Assembly: GCA_045601385.1 (NCBI GenBank)
Contig: JAZRZM010000016.1
Coordinates: 9,962 to 73,961 of the forward strand
DNA: 64,000 nt
From: Clostridia bacterium
Lineage (GTDB): Bacteria; Bacillota; Clostridia; Christensenellales; DTU072
Direction: 5' to 3'
Position 1 is the first letter of the stretch, and the number at the start of each line of letters is the position of its first letter. Both the position numbers and the translations under genes were made by a program. Below the pieces are notes generated by a model that did not search any database, was not told the origin of the DNA, and worked only from the letters and a program-made list of their open reading frames with translations. Below, piece by piece: positions 49,256 to 59,391 of the stretch.

Positions 49256-49510
49256 ATGTGCAAGAAAAAGAAAAAAGTAGCCGCTCCCGTGTTTGAACAA
49301 GAACTTCCCGTAGAAAATATGCCCGAAGACGTTGTTGAAAAAAAGGAAGCGGAAAAACCCGATTATTTTGAAGAATATTATAAAGCATATAAAAACGACT
49401 ACATCGAGCAATACCTGAGAGCATATCATCATTATGCCGAGACAAAAGAAAAAGATGAAGTGTATCGGGAGTTCGAAGCGCTTTGCCCGGATGAAGAAAG
49501 CGAAGAATAA
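49256..49510 (+). CDS. small acidic hypothetical protein
   Basis: GGAGG RBS, 84 aa, terminator-like hairpin at ~49518-49553. Confidence 0.65.
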   Translation: MCKKKKKVAAPVFEQELPVENMPEDVVEKKEAEKPDYFEEYYKAYKNDYIEQYLRAYHHYAETKEKDEVYREFEALCPDEESEE

Positions 49511-49619
49511 TTCGTTAATAAGGTTGTTAATCTTTGTAACAACCTTATTTTTTTAGTCAAAATGAGTAAAAAAGGTTTTTTCGTTTGACATTCGGCCGAA
49601 AAAAGTGTAGGATAAAAAC

Positions 49620-49855
49620 AGTAAAAAACCGCTGATGCAGAATAGTACGTATTTACGGAAGTACAGAGAGATTCGGGACGGTGTGACGGATCCTTTACGA
49701 ATTACGGAATGGGCTTGCGGAGGGCGAAGGGGAAATAGCAGTATCCTTTGACGCGGAATGCGGCGTAAAAGCAGTAAACAAGGTAGATAGCGATATTTAC
49801 GAAATTGGGTGGCATCACGGCAAATTCGTCCCATACGGATTTGCCGTTTTTTATT
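49620..49855 (+). promoter_or_regulatory. T-box riboswitch, probably Trp-specific
   Basis: AGTA, AGAGA and GGTG stem-I motifs, GAA-TGG specifier, AATTGGGTGGCATCACGG T-box, terminator ACGGCAAAT..ATTTGCCGTTTTTT; TTGACA promoter at ~49585. Confidence 0.85.
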
Positions 49856-49868
49856 ATAAGGAGAAAAA

Positions 49869-51242
49869 ATGAGTACAAAAACGATTCCAACAAAAATCTA
49901 TTTGTCCGAACAGGAAATGCCTCGGCAGTGGTATAACGTCCGGGCGGATATGAAAGAAAAACACGCGCCTCTGCTGAATCCGAAGACGCTGAAGCCGGTT
50001 ACTTTTGACGACTTGCGCCCGATATTTTGCGACGAACTGATTAAACAGGAATTGGACGAAACGAATCGGTATATCGATATACCGAAAGATATTCGCGATT
50101 TTTATACGATGTTCCGTCCCTCGCCGCTCGTTAGGGCATATTGGCTCGAAAAAGAACTCGATACGCCTGCCGAAATTTATTATAAATTCGAGGGTAATAA
50201 TACATCCGGCAGTCATAAACTCAATTCCGCCGTGGCACAGGCATACTATGCCAAAGAGCAGGGAATAACGCGTCTGACGACGGAAACGGGCGCCGGACAA
50301 TGGGGAACGGCTCTTTCGATGGCATGCGCTTTTTATCATATTCCGCTGAATGTGTTTATGGTTAAGTCAAGTTCGGAACAAAAGCCTTTCCGAAAAGAGG
50401 TTATGCGCACATACGGCGCGACGGTTACGCCGAGCCCGTCCGACACAACGGCGGTAGGCAGAAGAATTCTCGAACAGTTTCCCGGCACAGGCGGTAGTCT
50501 CGGTTGCGCCGTCAGTGAAGCGGTGGAAGTGGCTACGTCCATACCGAATGCGCGTTACGTGCTCGGAAGCGTGCTTGACCAGGTACTGCTGCATCAGAGT
50601 ATTATCGGAATGGAGTCAAAAATCGCATTGGAAAAATACGACGTCAAGCCCGATATAATCATCGGTTGCGCCGGCGGCGGCAGTAACCTCGGCGGCTTGA
50701 TTTCTCCGTTTATGGGAGAAAAATTGCGCGGCGAAAGAGATTATCGTTTTATTGCCGTCGAACCGGCAAGTTGTCCTTCGCTTACACGCGGCATATATGC
50801 CTATGATTATTGCGATACCGGAAAGATGACGCCGCTTGCAAAAATGTACACGCTTGGTTGTGACTTTATGCCTTCCACCAATCATGCCGGCGGACTTCGT
50901 TACCATGGTATGAATCCTATTCTCAGTAAATTGTATCACGACGGATATATGGAAGCGGTCAGTTACGAACAGACAAAAGTCTTCGATGCGGCGGTTCGGT
51001 TTGCAAAATGCGAAGGCATTTTGCCCGCTCCGGAAAGTTCTCACGCTATACGCTGTGCTATTGACGAAGCCTTGCTGTGTAAGAAGACAGGAGAAAAGAA
51101 AGTGATTTTGTTCGGCTTGACGGGCACCGGATATTTTGATCTCACCGCATATAAAGCGTTTAACGATGGGAATATGCAAGATTATATCCCGACGGATGAA
51201 GAATTGCAGAAATCGTTTGCAAGGCTCCCAAAAGTCGAATAA
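49869..51242 (+). CDS. trpB2: tryptophan synthase beta chain, TrpB2 type
   Basis: GSHKLNSA, TTETGAGQWG, GSLGCAVSEA, GGGSNLGG, HAGGLRYHG. Confidence 0.93.
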   Translation: MSTKTIPTKIYLSEQEMPRQWYNVRADMKEKHAPLLNPKTLKPVTFDDLRPIFCDELIKQELDETNRYIDIPKDIRDFYTMFRPSPLVRAYWLEKELDTPAEIYYKFEGNNTSGSHKLNSAVAQAYYAKEQGITRLTTETGAGQWGTALSMACAFYHIPLNVFMVKSSSEQKPFRKEVMRTYGATVTPSPSDTTAVGRRILEQFPGTGGSLGCAVSEAVEVATSIPNARYVLGSVLDQVLLHQSIIGMESKIALEKYDVKPDIIIGCAGGGSNLGGLISPFMGEKLRGERDYRFIAVEPASCPSLTRGIYAYDYCDTGKMTPLAKMYTLGCDFMPSTNHAGGLRYHGMNPILSKLYHDGYMEAVSYEQTKVFDAAVRFAKCEGILPAPESSHAIRCAIDEALLCKKTGEKKVILFGLTGTGYFDLTAYKAFNDGNMQDYIPTDEELQKSFARLPKVE

Positions 51243-51308
51243 TAATAACCCAAACTAAAAAAAACTGCTCGCACGATGCGGGCAGTTTTTTTATATTATC
51301 AGTAAGTA

Positions 51309-52619
51309 TTAAAAGAAAGCGTGATAAATAGCGTCGATCGCTTTGTCAAGATCCGCGCCGCGTACACCGACGATAATATTCATTTCGCTGCTGCCTTGGT
51401 CGATCATCTTTACGTTGATATTCGCTTTGGCGAGCGCGTCAAAAACGCGTGCGGCCGTACCCGTTTGGTTGCTCATGCCGTGTCCGACGATAGCTATCAA
51501 AGCGATGTTTCTGTATACGAATATTTCGTCGGGGTTGACTTCTCCGCGGATTTTTTCAATAATCTCTTTTTCGATAGCGTCCGTGATTTTTTCGTTGGGA
51601 ACGATCAGGCTCATTGTGTCGATACCTGTCGGCATGTGTTCGAGACTGATGTCGTAGTATTCGAGAATGGACAAAACTTTCCGACAAAAACCGATTTCGT
51701 TATTCATCAGCGATTTACGAATAAAGAAGGTCGTAAAACCGGGACGTCCGGCGATACCCGTGACGACGCGCGTCTGTTTTGTTGAGGTATCGCGCAAAAT
51801 AAACGTTCCTTTTGCGTCGGTGTTAAACGTGTTGCGGATGTTGATGGGGATACTTGTCGATTGCAAAGGGAATGTCGATTCCGGGTGCAGGACGCTTGCG
51901 CCCATATAGGACAGTTCGCGCAGTTCTTCATAACTGAGGTAGTCGATCAGTCGCGGATTTTCCACCACTCTCGGGTCGGCGGTCATAAAGCCGTCTACGT
52001 CCGTCCAGTTTTCGTATACGTCCGCGCCCGTACCTCTTGCGATAATCGCTCCGGTAAAATCGCTTCCGCCGCGTGTAAACGTCTTGATGGTACCGTCGGG
52101 CAGCGAGCCGTAAAAGCCGGGAATAACGGCGCCTTCGCTGTTTGCAAGGCGACGAGCCACAAGATCATAAGAGTACTGCGGATCGAAGTTTCCTTTTTTG
52201 TTAAACTTTATGATTTCGGCTGCGTCGATAAAATCAAAGTGCATTATTTCGGCAAAAATAACAGCCGAGAGATATTCGCCGCGGCTTGCCGCATAATCGG
52301 GCGTGTCATACGTGCCCATTCTGCTTTCGATTTCGTCAAGATATAAATCAATATCGAGCGTCAGGGCAAACTCTTTGACAAGTTCGGTATACCTTTCCCG
52401 TATTTTTCGGAAAGAAATGCTTCTGTCTCCGTTCTTTATTTCACGGTAGGAGGCATACAATAGGTCGGTTATTTTTTCGTCGCCCTTAAAGCGTTTTCCG
52501 GGTGCGCTAACGACGATAAATTTTCTGTCCGGGTCGTTTTCGATAATCGCTTTTACCCGTAATATCGCGTCTTTGTTTGCCATCGACGTTCCGCCGAATT
52601 TTGATACTTTCATGTTCAT
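51309..52619 (-). CDS. lysC: aspartate kinase
   Basis: KFGGTS, VVSAPGKR, TFTRGGSD, WTDVDG..ADPR, ACT domains. Confidence 0.93.
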   Translation of the reverse strand: MNMKVSKFGGTSMANKDAILRVKAIIENDPDRKFIVVSAPGKRFKGDEKITDLLYASYREIKNGDRSISFRKIRERYTELVKEFALTLDIDLYLDEIESRMGTYDTPDYAASRGEYLSAVIFAEIMHFDFIDAAEIIKFNKKGNFDPQYSYDLVARRLANSEGAVIPGFYGSLPDGTIKTFTRGGSDFTGAIIARGTGADVYENWTDVDGFMTADPRVVENPRLIDYLSYEELRELSYMGASVLHPESTFPLQSTSIPINIRNTFNTDAKGTFILRDTSTKQTRVVTGIAGRPGFTTFFIRKSLMNNEIGFCRKVLSILEYYDISLEHMPTGIDTMSLIVPNEKITDAIEKEIIEKIRGEVNPDEIFVYRNIALIAIVGHGMSNQTGTAARVFDALAKANINVKMIDQGSSEMNIIVGVRGADLDKAIDAIYHAFF

Positions 52620-53845
52620 AATACTATCCTCTTTGCTTCAATATAATATTTTTTATCGTCCTCCACTCCGATGGAAAACGCTTTTTGGGGCAGATTTCCG
52701 TTATGAATGACGTAGTTGAATAAGTGCGACTTGTCGAAAGGCGGCATAAGAATGCCGACGGTTTTTTCCTTTTGGGATAAACCGCGAACCTGACTTTCGG
52801 CGTGTTCGTATTCGATTTTTGCGCCCGTTTCTTCGGCGTAAGAAAGAAGAAAGTTTTGCACGATCGCTATCGTTTCTTCCGCCGCTTCGGGACAAGCGAT
52901 TTTTCGTTCACCCTTTGCCGTGAGAAGCGTCAAAGATGATTTTCCGTCCAGTTTTTCGGAAAGTTTTTCAATAAAATCGTTTTCATCGCAACCCGTTACG
53001 ACGCGGTGTATCGGCTCAAAATCCATGGAGTCTTGATACAGATTGACGACTTCCGCGAGGACATATCTTGCCGGATGATTTTCTCTTTCTTTTTCGGTAA
53101 GCGTTTGTTTTATTATATTCCAATGTTCTTTGGCTGTTGCCATACTGTGGTTGCCGTCGCCTACCGCGAACAAAAGTCCGGCGTTTACGCCGTATTTTTC
53201 CTTTTGTACGTCTTCGTCCAACAGTCCGTAAAAACCGTCGATGGGACAGGCGGAAAAAGGTATTTTGTATGCGGCAATCCGTCCGCCGTTCATGTTGAGT
53301 TGAAAATCGTATAGTTTTTCAAAAGGAGTTCGGTTGTCGTAGAGCGGTTCGATTATTTCCTTTTTTGCGTCATCGATCAGTACCAAGATATGCGGCAGTT
53401 CGATCGACGCTTTTTCGCGTATTTTCATACGGACGGGTAAGCGCTCGGTAATCGTTCTTTCCGTCGCTCGGATTGGCGCGGCGATCGGCTTGTATTCGTA
53501 GCTGTCCAGATCGAGACATGTGACGAGACCGATTCTTTTTTTGCCGCCCGACAAAGTGCGTTCGACAAGAACCATGCCGTCAACCGAACGGAAAATGTCG
53601 CTTTTCAGATAACTTTCCATGGTATCGTTGATCGCCTGTATGCGCCGTTCGATATCGTTGTCTTTCAAAAAGATTTCGGGAAAAGTAATCCGCAGTGCGC
53701 TTGGGTTATCGCCGATATTTTCGTCGAGTTTGTCCCAATAGGCCCTGTTGGTCGTATATTGATCGCAGGCTATTACCGCCCACGACGTCATATCACAGTT
53801 TTTCGGAAGCAAGATCGGTTGTCTTCCGATAATATTCTTTTGCAT
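52616..53845 (-). CDS. DUF1015 protein
   Basis: WAVIACDQYT, IRATE.TI.ERLP.R, FAVGDGNHS.ATAK, LP.K.FS.G. Confidence 0.88.
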   Translation of the reverse strand: MQKNIIGRQPILLPKNCDMTSWAVIACDQYTTNRAYWDKLDENIGDNPSALRITFPEIFLKDNDIERRIQAINDTMESYLKSDIFRSVDGMVLVERTLSGGKKRIGLVTCLDLDSYEYKPIAAPIRATERTITERLPVRMKIREKASIELPHILVLIDDAKKEIIEPLYDNRTPFEKLYDFQLNMNGGRIAAYKIPFSACPIDGFYGLLDEDVQKEKYGVNAGLLFAVGDGNHSMATAKEHWNIIKQTLTEKERENHPARYVLAEVVNLYQDSMDFEPIHRVVTGCDENDFIEKLSEKLDGKSSLTLLTAKGERKIACPEAAEETIAIVQNFLLSYAEETGAKIEYEHAESQVRGLSQKEKTVGILMPPFDKSHLFNYVIHNGNLPQKAFSIGVEDDKKYYIEAKRIVL

Positions 53846-53862
53846 TTTTATAAAACCTTCTT

Positions 53863-54660
53863 TCAAAAATGTCTTTTTTTGCTTGTTTTCTTTTGATAGG
53901 GTAGGGCGGAATAGGGTGCATACAGGGTGTCGAAAAGCCTTTCCGGCGTCAGATACCGACGGAGCGTTCCGCTTTGCGCCGTGGAGATTATACCCGATTC
54001 TTCGCTGATGACGATGCTGATAATATCGGGGCTCGATTCGGTCACGCCGAGCGCGGCGCGGTGACGTGTGCCCAGATTTTTGTCTATGGCTGTCGATTGC
54101 GTCAGAGGCAAAAATGAACCGGCGGTGACGATGCGGTTGTTTTTGATGATGACCGCTCCGTCATGCATCGGACATTTTGTATTAAAAATGCTTTCCAAAA
54201 GGGGCGCGGAAATGTTGGCGTCCAAAGAAACGCCCGATTCCACGATATACCGATCGACGTTGTCGTGCACCAATACAATCAAAGCGCCGGTGCGCGATTT
54301 GGCGAGGGCTTGGCATGCGGTAACGATCGCGCCGATTCCCGACCGAATTTCTTCGTCGCTGAGCGTTACCGCTTCCTGTTTTCTGTGTTTACCCGATAGT
54401 TTGAAAAATGTTGTTCTGATGTCGGAGGCGTAAACAATGGAAGCGATAAAAAGCGCGGTCAGTACGCTTATTGTCATGACGGACTGCGCAAGCGTCAGGT
54501 TTTCGACGCCGAACCACTCTATAAAATAAACCACGGCGAGCGCGAGAAACAAAAACGCATAGATGATTAAGGGAATAATCGCCTTTTTTCGCACAAAAAA
54601 GAGGCAAACCAAGGTCATACAAATGGATACCAATACCAAAGACAAAATTTTCCCGATCAT
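53863..54660 (-). CDS. cdaA: membrane diadenylate cyclase (DisA_N domain)
   Basis: 3 TM; GALIV, HDGAVII, GTRHRAALG, SEESG. Confidence 0.92.
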   Translation of the reverse strand: MIGKILSLVLVSICMTLVCLFFVRKKAIIPLIIYAFLFLALAVVYFIEWFGVENLTLAQSVMTISVLTALFIASIVYASDIRTTFFKLSGKHRKQEAVTLSDEEIRSGIGAIVTACQALAKSRTGALIVLVHDNVDRYIVESGVSLDANISAPLLESIFNTKCPMHDGAVIIKNNRIVTAGSFLPLTQSTAIDKNLGTRHRAALGVTESSPDIISIVISEESGIISTAQSGTLRRYLTPERLFDTLYAPYSALPYQKKTSKKRHF

Positions 54661-54672
54661 TTTTATCTCTCC

Positions 54673-55539
54673 TTAAAAACCCAAGTCGTCGTATATATTG
54701 CCTTTTTTCGTTTCGTTTTCCACAACGATAAAGGGTGGTTGGTCGTCGCTATTGTCGATGTCTTCGTTCTTTTTCAGTTTTCTATAATAAAGATAAGCGC
54801 CGACTGTCCACAGGACGGTTACGCCGAATTCGACCCATATCGCGACCGTCTCGCAAACGGTAAGGGTGTTTACCGTGAGTATGGCGAAAGAAATCGCCTG
54901 CCCAAAAGAAAAGATAAGCGAGATGCCAAAATAAAGCCGACCGACGTACGAAAAAGCACGCGCCTGTTTTTTAGCGGATAAAAAACGAATACGGAAATCG
55001 TCGAAGAATACCCATACGAAAAATGTCGTCAGACTGAACGGTACGAAAGACGTCAGGATCGCGTAAACGTCGTTCCCGTACTCTATGTTCGGTTTTTGTC
55101 CGAATAAGATAAAAGTCCCCGTGTATTCTCCGCCCGTTGTTTGCGTAAAGAAATAGCATATACCGATAAGCGCCGTTATAAGATTGGCGTAGATAATGCA
55201 AAGGCGCAGACGGAATTTGAAGTCGGCGCGGTTGGTACGCGCGCTGAACCGCGCGATAAAAATGCCTGCCGCTATGTGGTTGATCAATTCGAAAATTATT
55301 TCCGAAACGACTGCGTCAATAAGGCAAAATACGATGAGCGCAAGGACAGGATTGGCAAGTTGGACGCCCGTTGCGTCCGAAAAGGTTGCCGAAAGTGTTA
55401 AAACACCGTCTTCACCGGAAATGATCGTAGCATAGGCGTTTGCCGCGAAAAAGGATAACGCGGCAATAATGTAGTTTGCAAAGTCGGGCATTTTGCGGAT
55501 TTTTGCCACCCATTCGTCGGAAAGAATTTTTTTGAACAA
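54673..55539 (-). CDS. hypothetical multi-pass membrane protein
   Basis: About 6 TM; TTG start with GGAGG RBS just after holA. Confidence 0.7.
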   Translation of the reverse strand: MFKKILSDEWVAKIRKMPDFANYIIAALSFFAANAYATIISGEDGVLTLSATFSDATGVQLANPVLALIVFCLIDAVVSEIIFELINHIAAGIFIARFSARTNRADFKFRLRLCIIYANLITALIGICYFFTQTTGGEYTGTFILFGQKPNIEYGNDVYAILTSFVPFSLTTFFVWVFFDDFRIRFLSAKKQARAFSYVGRLYFGISLIFSFGQAISFAILTVNTLTVCETVAIWVEFGVTVLWTVGAYLYYRKLKKNEDIDNSDDQPPFIVVENETKKGNIYDDLGF

Positions 55540-55541
55540 GA

Positions 55542-56504
55542 TCAGATTACCTCCTTGGCGAGTAATTTTGACACGGCGGATCTGAACGCCGCTTCGTCCG
55601 TCAGGACGCCACTCTTGAATTTATATTCGTACTCGGTCAGCATCGCGTTCGCCGACCGAAGTTTTGCGCGGGAATAGCCTTTTATCGCGCGCGTTTTTTG
55701 CACGGCATATTCTTTTATGCCCAACATATCCGCCATTTGTTTGTCGTCGCAATCGGTGATGGCACATAGAAGCATGCGACGGAATTGATTGGAAAGGATA
55801 GCCAAAAGCGTCGCCGGTTTTTCTCCCCGTTTGAGCAGTTTTTCCAGTTCTTTTTCGGCTGCTTTCGTTTTTCCTTCGACAATATGGTTGGCAAAATTGA
55901 AGACGGTCGTTTCCGTGCTTTCCGTGACAAGATCGGATACGTCCTGTTCCGTCACTTTTTTTCCGTCGGTATACGCCGTTAATTTTATCGCTTCGCAGGA
56001 TATTTTAGACATATCGTAACCGGTCAATTCGCAAAGAAGCCTTACTGCATTTTGTTCGATGCCGCACGGAAAGAGATTTTCCGCATGCGTGGCGCATTCC
56101 CATTTGTCGGACGGGGCGCAGGATATCACGTTACATTGTTTCAGTTCGGCATTATTCAGAAGGTTGGTGCCGCAAAAAACAAGTATATCCGGCGCAATCG
56201 GAGTGGATAAAAAAGCGGTCAAGTGTTTATGCGCTTTTTCATCGAGAGTCGATTCGCCGTCCCGAACGAGAACCAGCGTTCTGTCGTCGGAAAAACTGAT
56301 TGTTCCGAACGCCGAAAAAATTTCCGTTACGTCGGTCAGTTTTTCGATAATCCGCAAAGAAAGACTGCCTTCGGGTAGGAGGGAGCGGAATATTTTTTCG
56401 GCATGTTTTTGCCAAAAACAATCCGTTCCTTGTAAAGCGTACACGCCGCCCGTAAGGACCGACTTGTCGAGTTTGGAAGCGTGTACGTTCAGTAAAGCGG
56501 ACAT
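55542..56504 (-). CDS. holA: DNA polymerase III subunit delta
   Basis: VYAL.G.D.F; E..KL..Y.....T..DV..LV......VF; LLAIL..QFR; MLGI..YAV.K; EYKFKSG. Confidence 0.85.
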   Translation of the reverse strand: MSALLNVHASKLDKSVLTGGVYALQGTDCFWQKHAEKIFRSLLPEGSLSLRIIEKLTDVTEIFSAFGTISFSDDRTLVLVRDGESTLDEKAHKHLTAFLSTPIAPDILVFCGTNLLNNAELKQCNVISCAPSDKWECATHAENLFPCGIEQNAVRLLCELTGYDMSKISCEAIKLTAYTDGKKVTEQDVSDLVTESTETTVFNFANHIVEGKTKAAEKELEKLLKRGEKPATLLAILSNQFRRMLLCAITDCDDKQMADMLGIKEYAVQKTRAIKGYSRAKLRSANAMLTEYEYKFKSGVLTDEAAFRSAVSKLLAKEVI

Positions 56505-56552
56505 ATAAATTATATTATAACTGAAATATATTTTATGTCAAACTTTTAAGCA

Positions 56553-56771
56553 TTATTTATTGAAAAAGCCGACAAAAGTATCCGCATGCACGGTTTTTAT
56601 GGCGTTTTTTACCTGCTCCGAATAAGCGGAAGAAAAGACGATACCGATTCCGCAACCGACGTTGTATTTTGCCGGTGCGTTGACGGTTATGCATGCGATT
56701 TTTCGGCTTGTAAGGATTCGATACACGGATATTGCCTGGCTCCGCGAGCGAAAAACTGCTATTGTGTTCAT
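56553..56771 (-). CDS. DUF3343-like small protein
   Basis: F.SRSQA....L.......V.AP.....GCGI.I. Confidence 0.7.
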   Translation of the reverse strand: MNTIAVFRSRSQAISVYRILTSRKIACITVNAPAKYNVGCGIGIVFSSAYSEQVKNAIKTVHADTFVGFFNK

Positions 56772-56857
56772 TTTTTTATTTCTCCTTTGGAATAACGGAA
56801 ACAGTTTCCTAATACAATCTATTCGTAAACGGTATTATCCGTTCGCACGGAGGGCAA

Positions 56858-57991
56858 ATGGTCTATCTCGATAACGCCGCTACGTCCAGAAAAAAACCGC
56901 TTTCGGTCTATTTTTGCTATATACGCGAGGTAATAAACAGCGCAAACGCCGGGAGAGGCGGACATAAAGCGAGTATGCGTGCCGCCGAAAAAATCGAAGA
57001 AACGCGTTCCGTTATCCGTCGGTTTTTTTTCGACGGAAACGTCGTTTTTACCAAGAATTGTACCGAAGCGATCAATCTCGGTTTGCGCGTACCTTTACAC
57101 GGGAAGAAGATAATCACGAGTTCTTTGGAACATAATTCCGTTCTTCGTCCGCTGAAAAAAATGGAGACGGAGGGCAAAATCAAACTGGTCGTCGTGTCGC
57201 CGGACGAAAACGGCGATATTGAAAAAGCGATTGAAAAAAAACTTTCTTCCGATACCGGAATGGTAATTTTCGGAGCGGTTTCCAATGTGACGGGAAAAAG
57301 ACAAAACGTCGAACGGATAGCGAGTATGGTCAAGAAAAAAACGAAAGCGCTTGTTTTTTTGGATTGTGCGCAAAGTGCGGGCGTTACGGAAATCGATTAC
57401 GAAAACGTCGATATAATTGCTTGCAGCGGACATAAGGCTTTATGCGGTTTGCAGGGGACGGGGTTTCTTTTGTTTCGGTATCCGTTACGACCGGAGCCAT
57501 TGATTTACGGCGGTACGGGTACTTCAAGTACGACTGTCGGTATCCCAAACGAGATGCCCGAGAGCCTCGAAGCAGGCACGCAAAACGCGCCGGCGATAGC
57601 CGCGCTCGGCAAAGGAATCGAGCGTTCTTTTACCACGATGGACAGGATCAGAAAGAAAGAAGACCGCTTGTCAAAGTTGTTTTGCCGAGTTATAAAAAGG
57701 GGAAACATAAAGATATACGCGTGTTCTAACGGAATTGTCTTATGCAATTTTCAGGGGTTGGATTGCCGCGAGGCGGCGGATATCTTGTCGGGAAAATGGG
57801 GCGTGTACGTTCGCAGCGGATTGCATTGCGCGCCGCTTATTCACGATTTTCTTCACACGAGTCCGAACGGAGCGATACGCGTGAGTTTCGGCAGGAACAA
57901 TACGTATTGTTCGACGTTGTGGGCGGCGTACGCTTTCTTGGCGGTTTCAAAAAAAATGTCAACATGCGCAAACGACGGTCATAAAATGTGA
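56858..57991 (+). CDS. class V aminotransferase / cysteine desulfurase-like
   Basis: YLDNAATS.KKP, FTKNCTEAIN, EHNSV.RP, DCAQSAG, SGHK, GGTG, VRSGLHCAP. Confidence 0.9.
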   Translation: MVYLDNAATSRKKPLSVYFCYIREVINSANAGRGGHKASMRAAEKIEETRSVIRRFFFDGNVVFTKNCTEAINLGLRVPLHGKKIITSSLEHNSVLRPLKKMETEGKIKLVVVSPDENGDIEKAIEKKLSSDTGMVIFGAVSNVTGKRQNVERIASMVKKKTKALVFLDCAQSAGVTEIDYENVDIIACSGHKALCGLQGTGFLLFRYPLRPEPLIYGGTGTSSTTVGIPNEMPESLEAGTQNAPAIAALGKGIERSFTTMDRIRKKEDRLSKLFCRVIKRGNIKIYACSNGIVLCNFQGLDCREAADILSGKWGVYVRSGLHCAPLIHDFLHTSPNGAIRVSFGRNNTYCSTLWAAYAFLAVSKKMSTCANDGHKM

Positions 57992-58008
57992 CGACGGGGA
58001 GGAGCAAT

Positions 58009-58272
58009 ATGGACGTTGCCGAATATATACGAAATAAAGAAAAACAAAAATCGGAAAATTCTTTTTCCGGCGTTATACCCGAGGATAAACTCAAAATGTA
58101 TTCATCCATGTCGGAAGAACAACTCATGCAGGAACTGTTCAAAACGGCGAACGCGTCACGTGTAAGCGGCGCGGAACTCGATTCGTTTTACCGTTCGGTA
58201 AAAGGGTTTTTGACGCCCGAACAGTCGGAAAAAATGAAAAATCTCATTCTTCAAATAAAGGCGAATCAATAA
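58009..58272 (+). CDS. small hypothetical protein
   Basis: GGAGG RBS; co-oriented with and abutting neighbours. Confidence 0.6.
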   Translation: MDVAEYIRNKEKQKSENSFSGVIPEDKLKMYSSMSEEQLMQELFKTANASRVSGAELDSFYRSVKGFLTPEQSEKMKNLILQIKANQ

Positions 58273-58547
58273 TGAATAATAACGCATTGATGTTATTTTT
58301 GCCGTTTTTGCTCGGAAAAAAACCGGACGACAGTAGCGTAAAGACGCTTTTTGAAAATATGTTGGGACAAAAGAAATCGGATCCGATGACAGCCCTTCTT
58401 CTCGGGATGATGTTTTCGGGGCAAAAAGCGACGGAACAAAAGCGTCCCGAAAAACCGGAAGGCGTCGAAGCGGTCACCGATATGGGTAAGGATATAACCA
58501 ATCTTCTGAAACTGCTGATTGACGAAAAGTCCGCTACGTCGTTATGA
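58272..58547 (+). CDS. small hypothetical protein
   Basis: TAATG stop/start coupling with the upstream ORF. Confidence 0.6.
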   Translation: MNNNALMLFLPFLLGKKPDDSSVKTLFENMLGQKKSDPMTALLLGMMFSGQKATEQKRPEKPEGVEAVTDMGKDITNLLKLLIDEKSATSL

Positions 58548-59391
58548 ACGGCGGTACATATTCTTCGGTCGCCGAACTTAATTCCTGAATATTGCAGTCG
58601 TCGATACCGTTTTTCAGTAGGTAGTTTATGACGATTTTGTATTCGACGGGTTTCAGTCGCCTTTTGATTGTCGAACGGTAGGTCGGAAAGAACTGCGCCA
58701 TGACGCTTAACTTTGCTTTCGGGTAAAACTCTTTTTTATAAAGGTCGATTACGCCGAAAGTGTTATTGAGATTGTCCGGAAGCACAAGGTGGCGAATAAT
58801 GACTCCCTGTTGCATCATTCCGTTTTCGTCGTAAACGAGGGGCTTGCTGTTTACCATGACGCGCGTTGATTCCAGACAGTTCGGACAGTAATTATTGACG
58901 CCCGAATACCGAAGCGCCTTTTCGTCCGTCGCATACTTGAAGTCGGTCAGATAGATATCGACGTAGTCGTTCATTTTTTCGATAATCTCCGGTAGTTCGT
59001 AACCGGACGTGTTGTATACGATGGGAATTTTCGGTCTGTATATGTCGAGCGCCTCGCGTATTTTGTCGGAAAAATGCGTCGGGGTGACAAGGTTGATATT
59101 ATGTACCCCATCGTTTTCGAGGCGTTTCATTTCGTCGGCGAGTTGTTTGGGAGAATATGTTTTACCGACGTATTTTTTACTGATTTCATAGTTTTGACAA
59201 AATTCGCAGTTTAACGAACAGCCGCTGAAAAAAACCGTTCCGCTGCCTTTTGTTCCGCTTATTTCCGGTTCTTCGTAAAAATGCGGTGCGATACGGCATA
59301 TTTTCATTTCGCTTCCGGCATGACATCTTCCGGTGTGCGTCTCTCTGTTGACGAGACAGCGCGACGGACATAAATTGCAAGGATTGCTCAC
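58534..59391 (-). CDS. radical SAM protein (PflX-like)
   Basis: CNLCPSRC, HFYEEP.ISG..GSGTVFFSGCSLNCEFCQN, NINLVTPTH, IIRHLVLP. Confidence 0.9.
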   Translation of the reverse strand: MSNPCNLCPSRCLVNRETHTGRCHAGSEMKICRIAPHFYEEPEISGTKGSGTVFFSGCSLNCEFCQNYEISKKYVGKTYSPKQLADEMKRLENDGVHNINLVTPTHFSDKIREALDIYRPKIPIVYNTSGYELPEIIEKMNDYVDIYLTDFKYATDEKALRYSGVNNYCPNCLESTRVMVNSKPLVYDENGMMQQGVIIRHLVLPDNLNNTFGVIDLYKKEFYPKAKLSVMAQFFPTYRSTIKRRLKPVEYKIVINYLLKNGIDDCNIQELSSATEEYVPPFITT

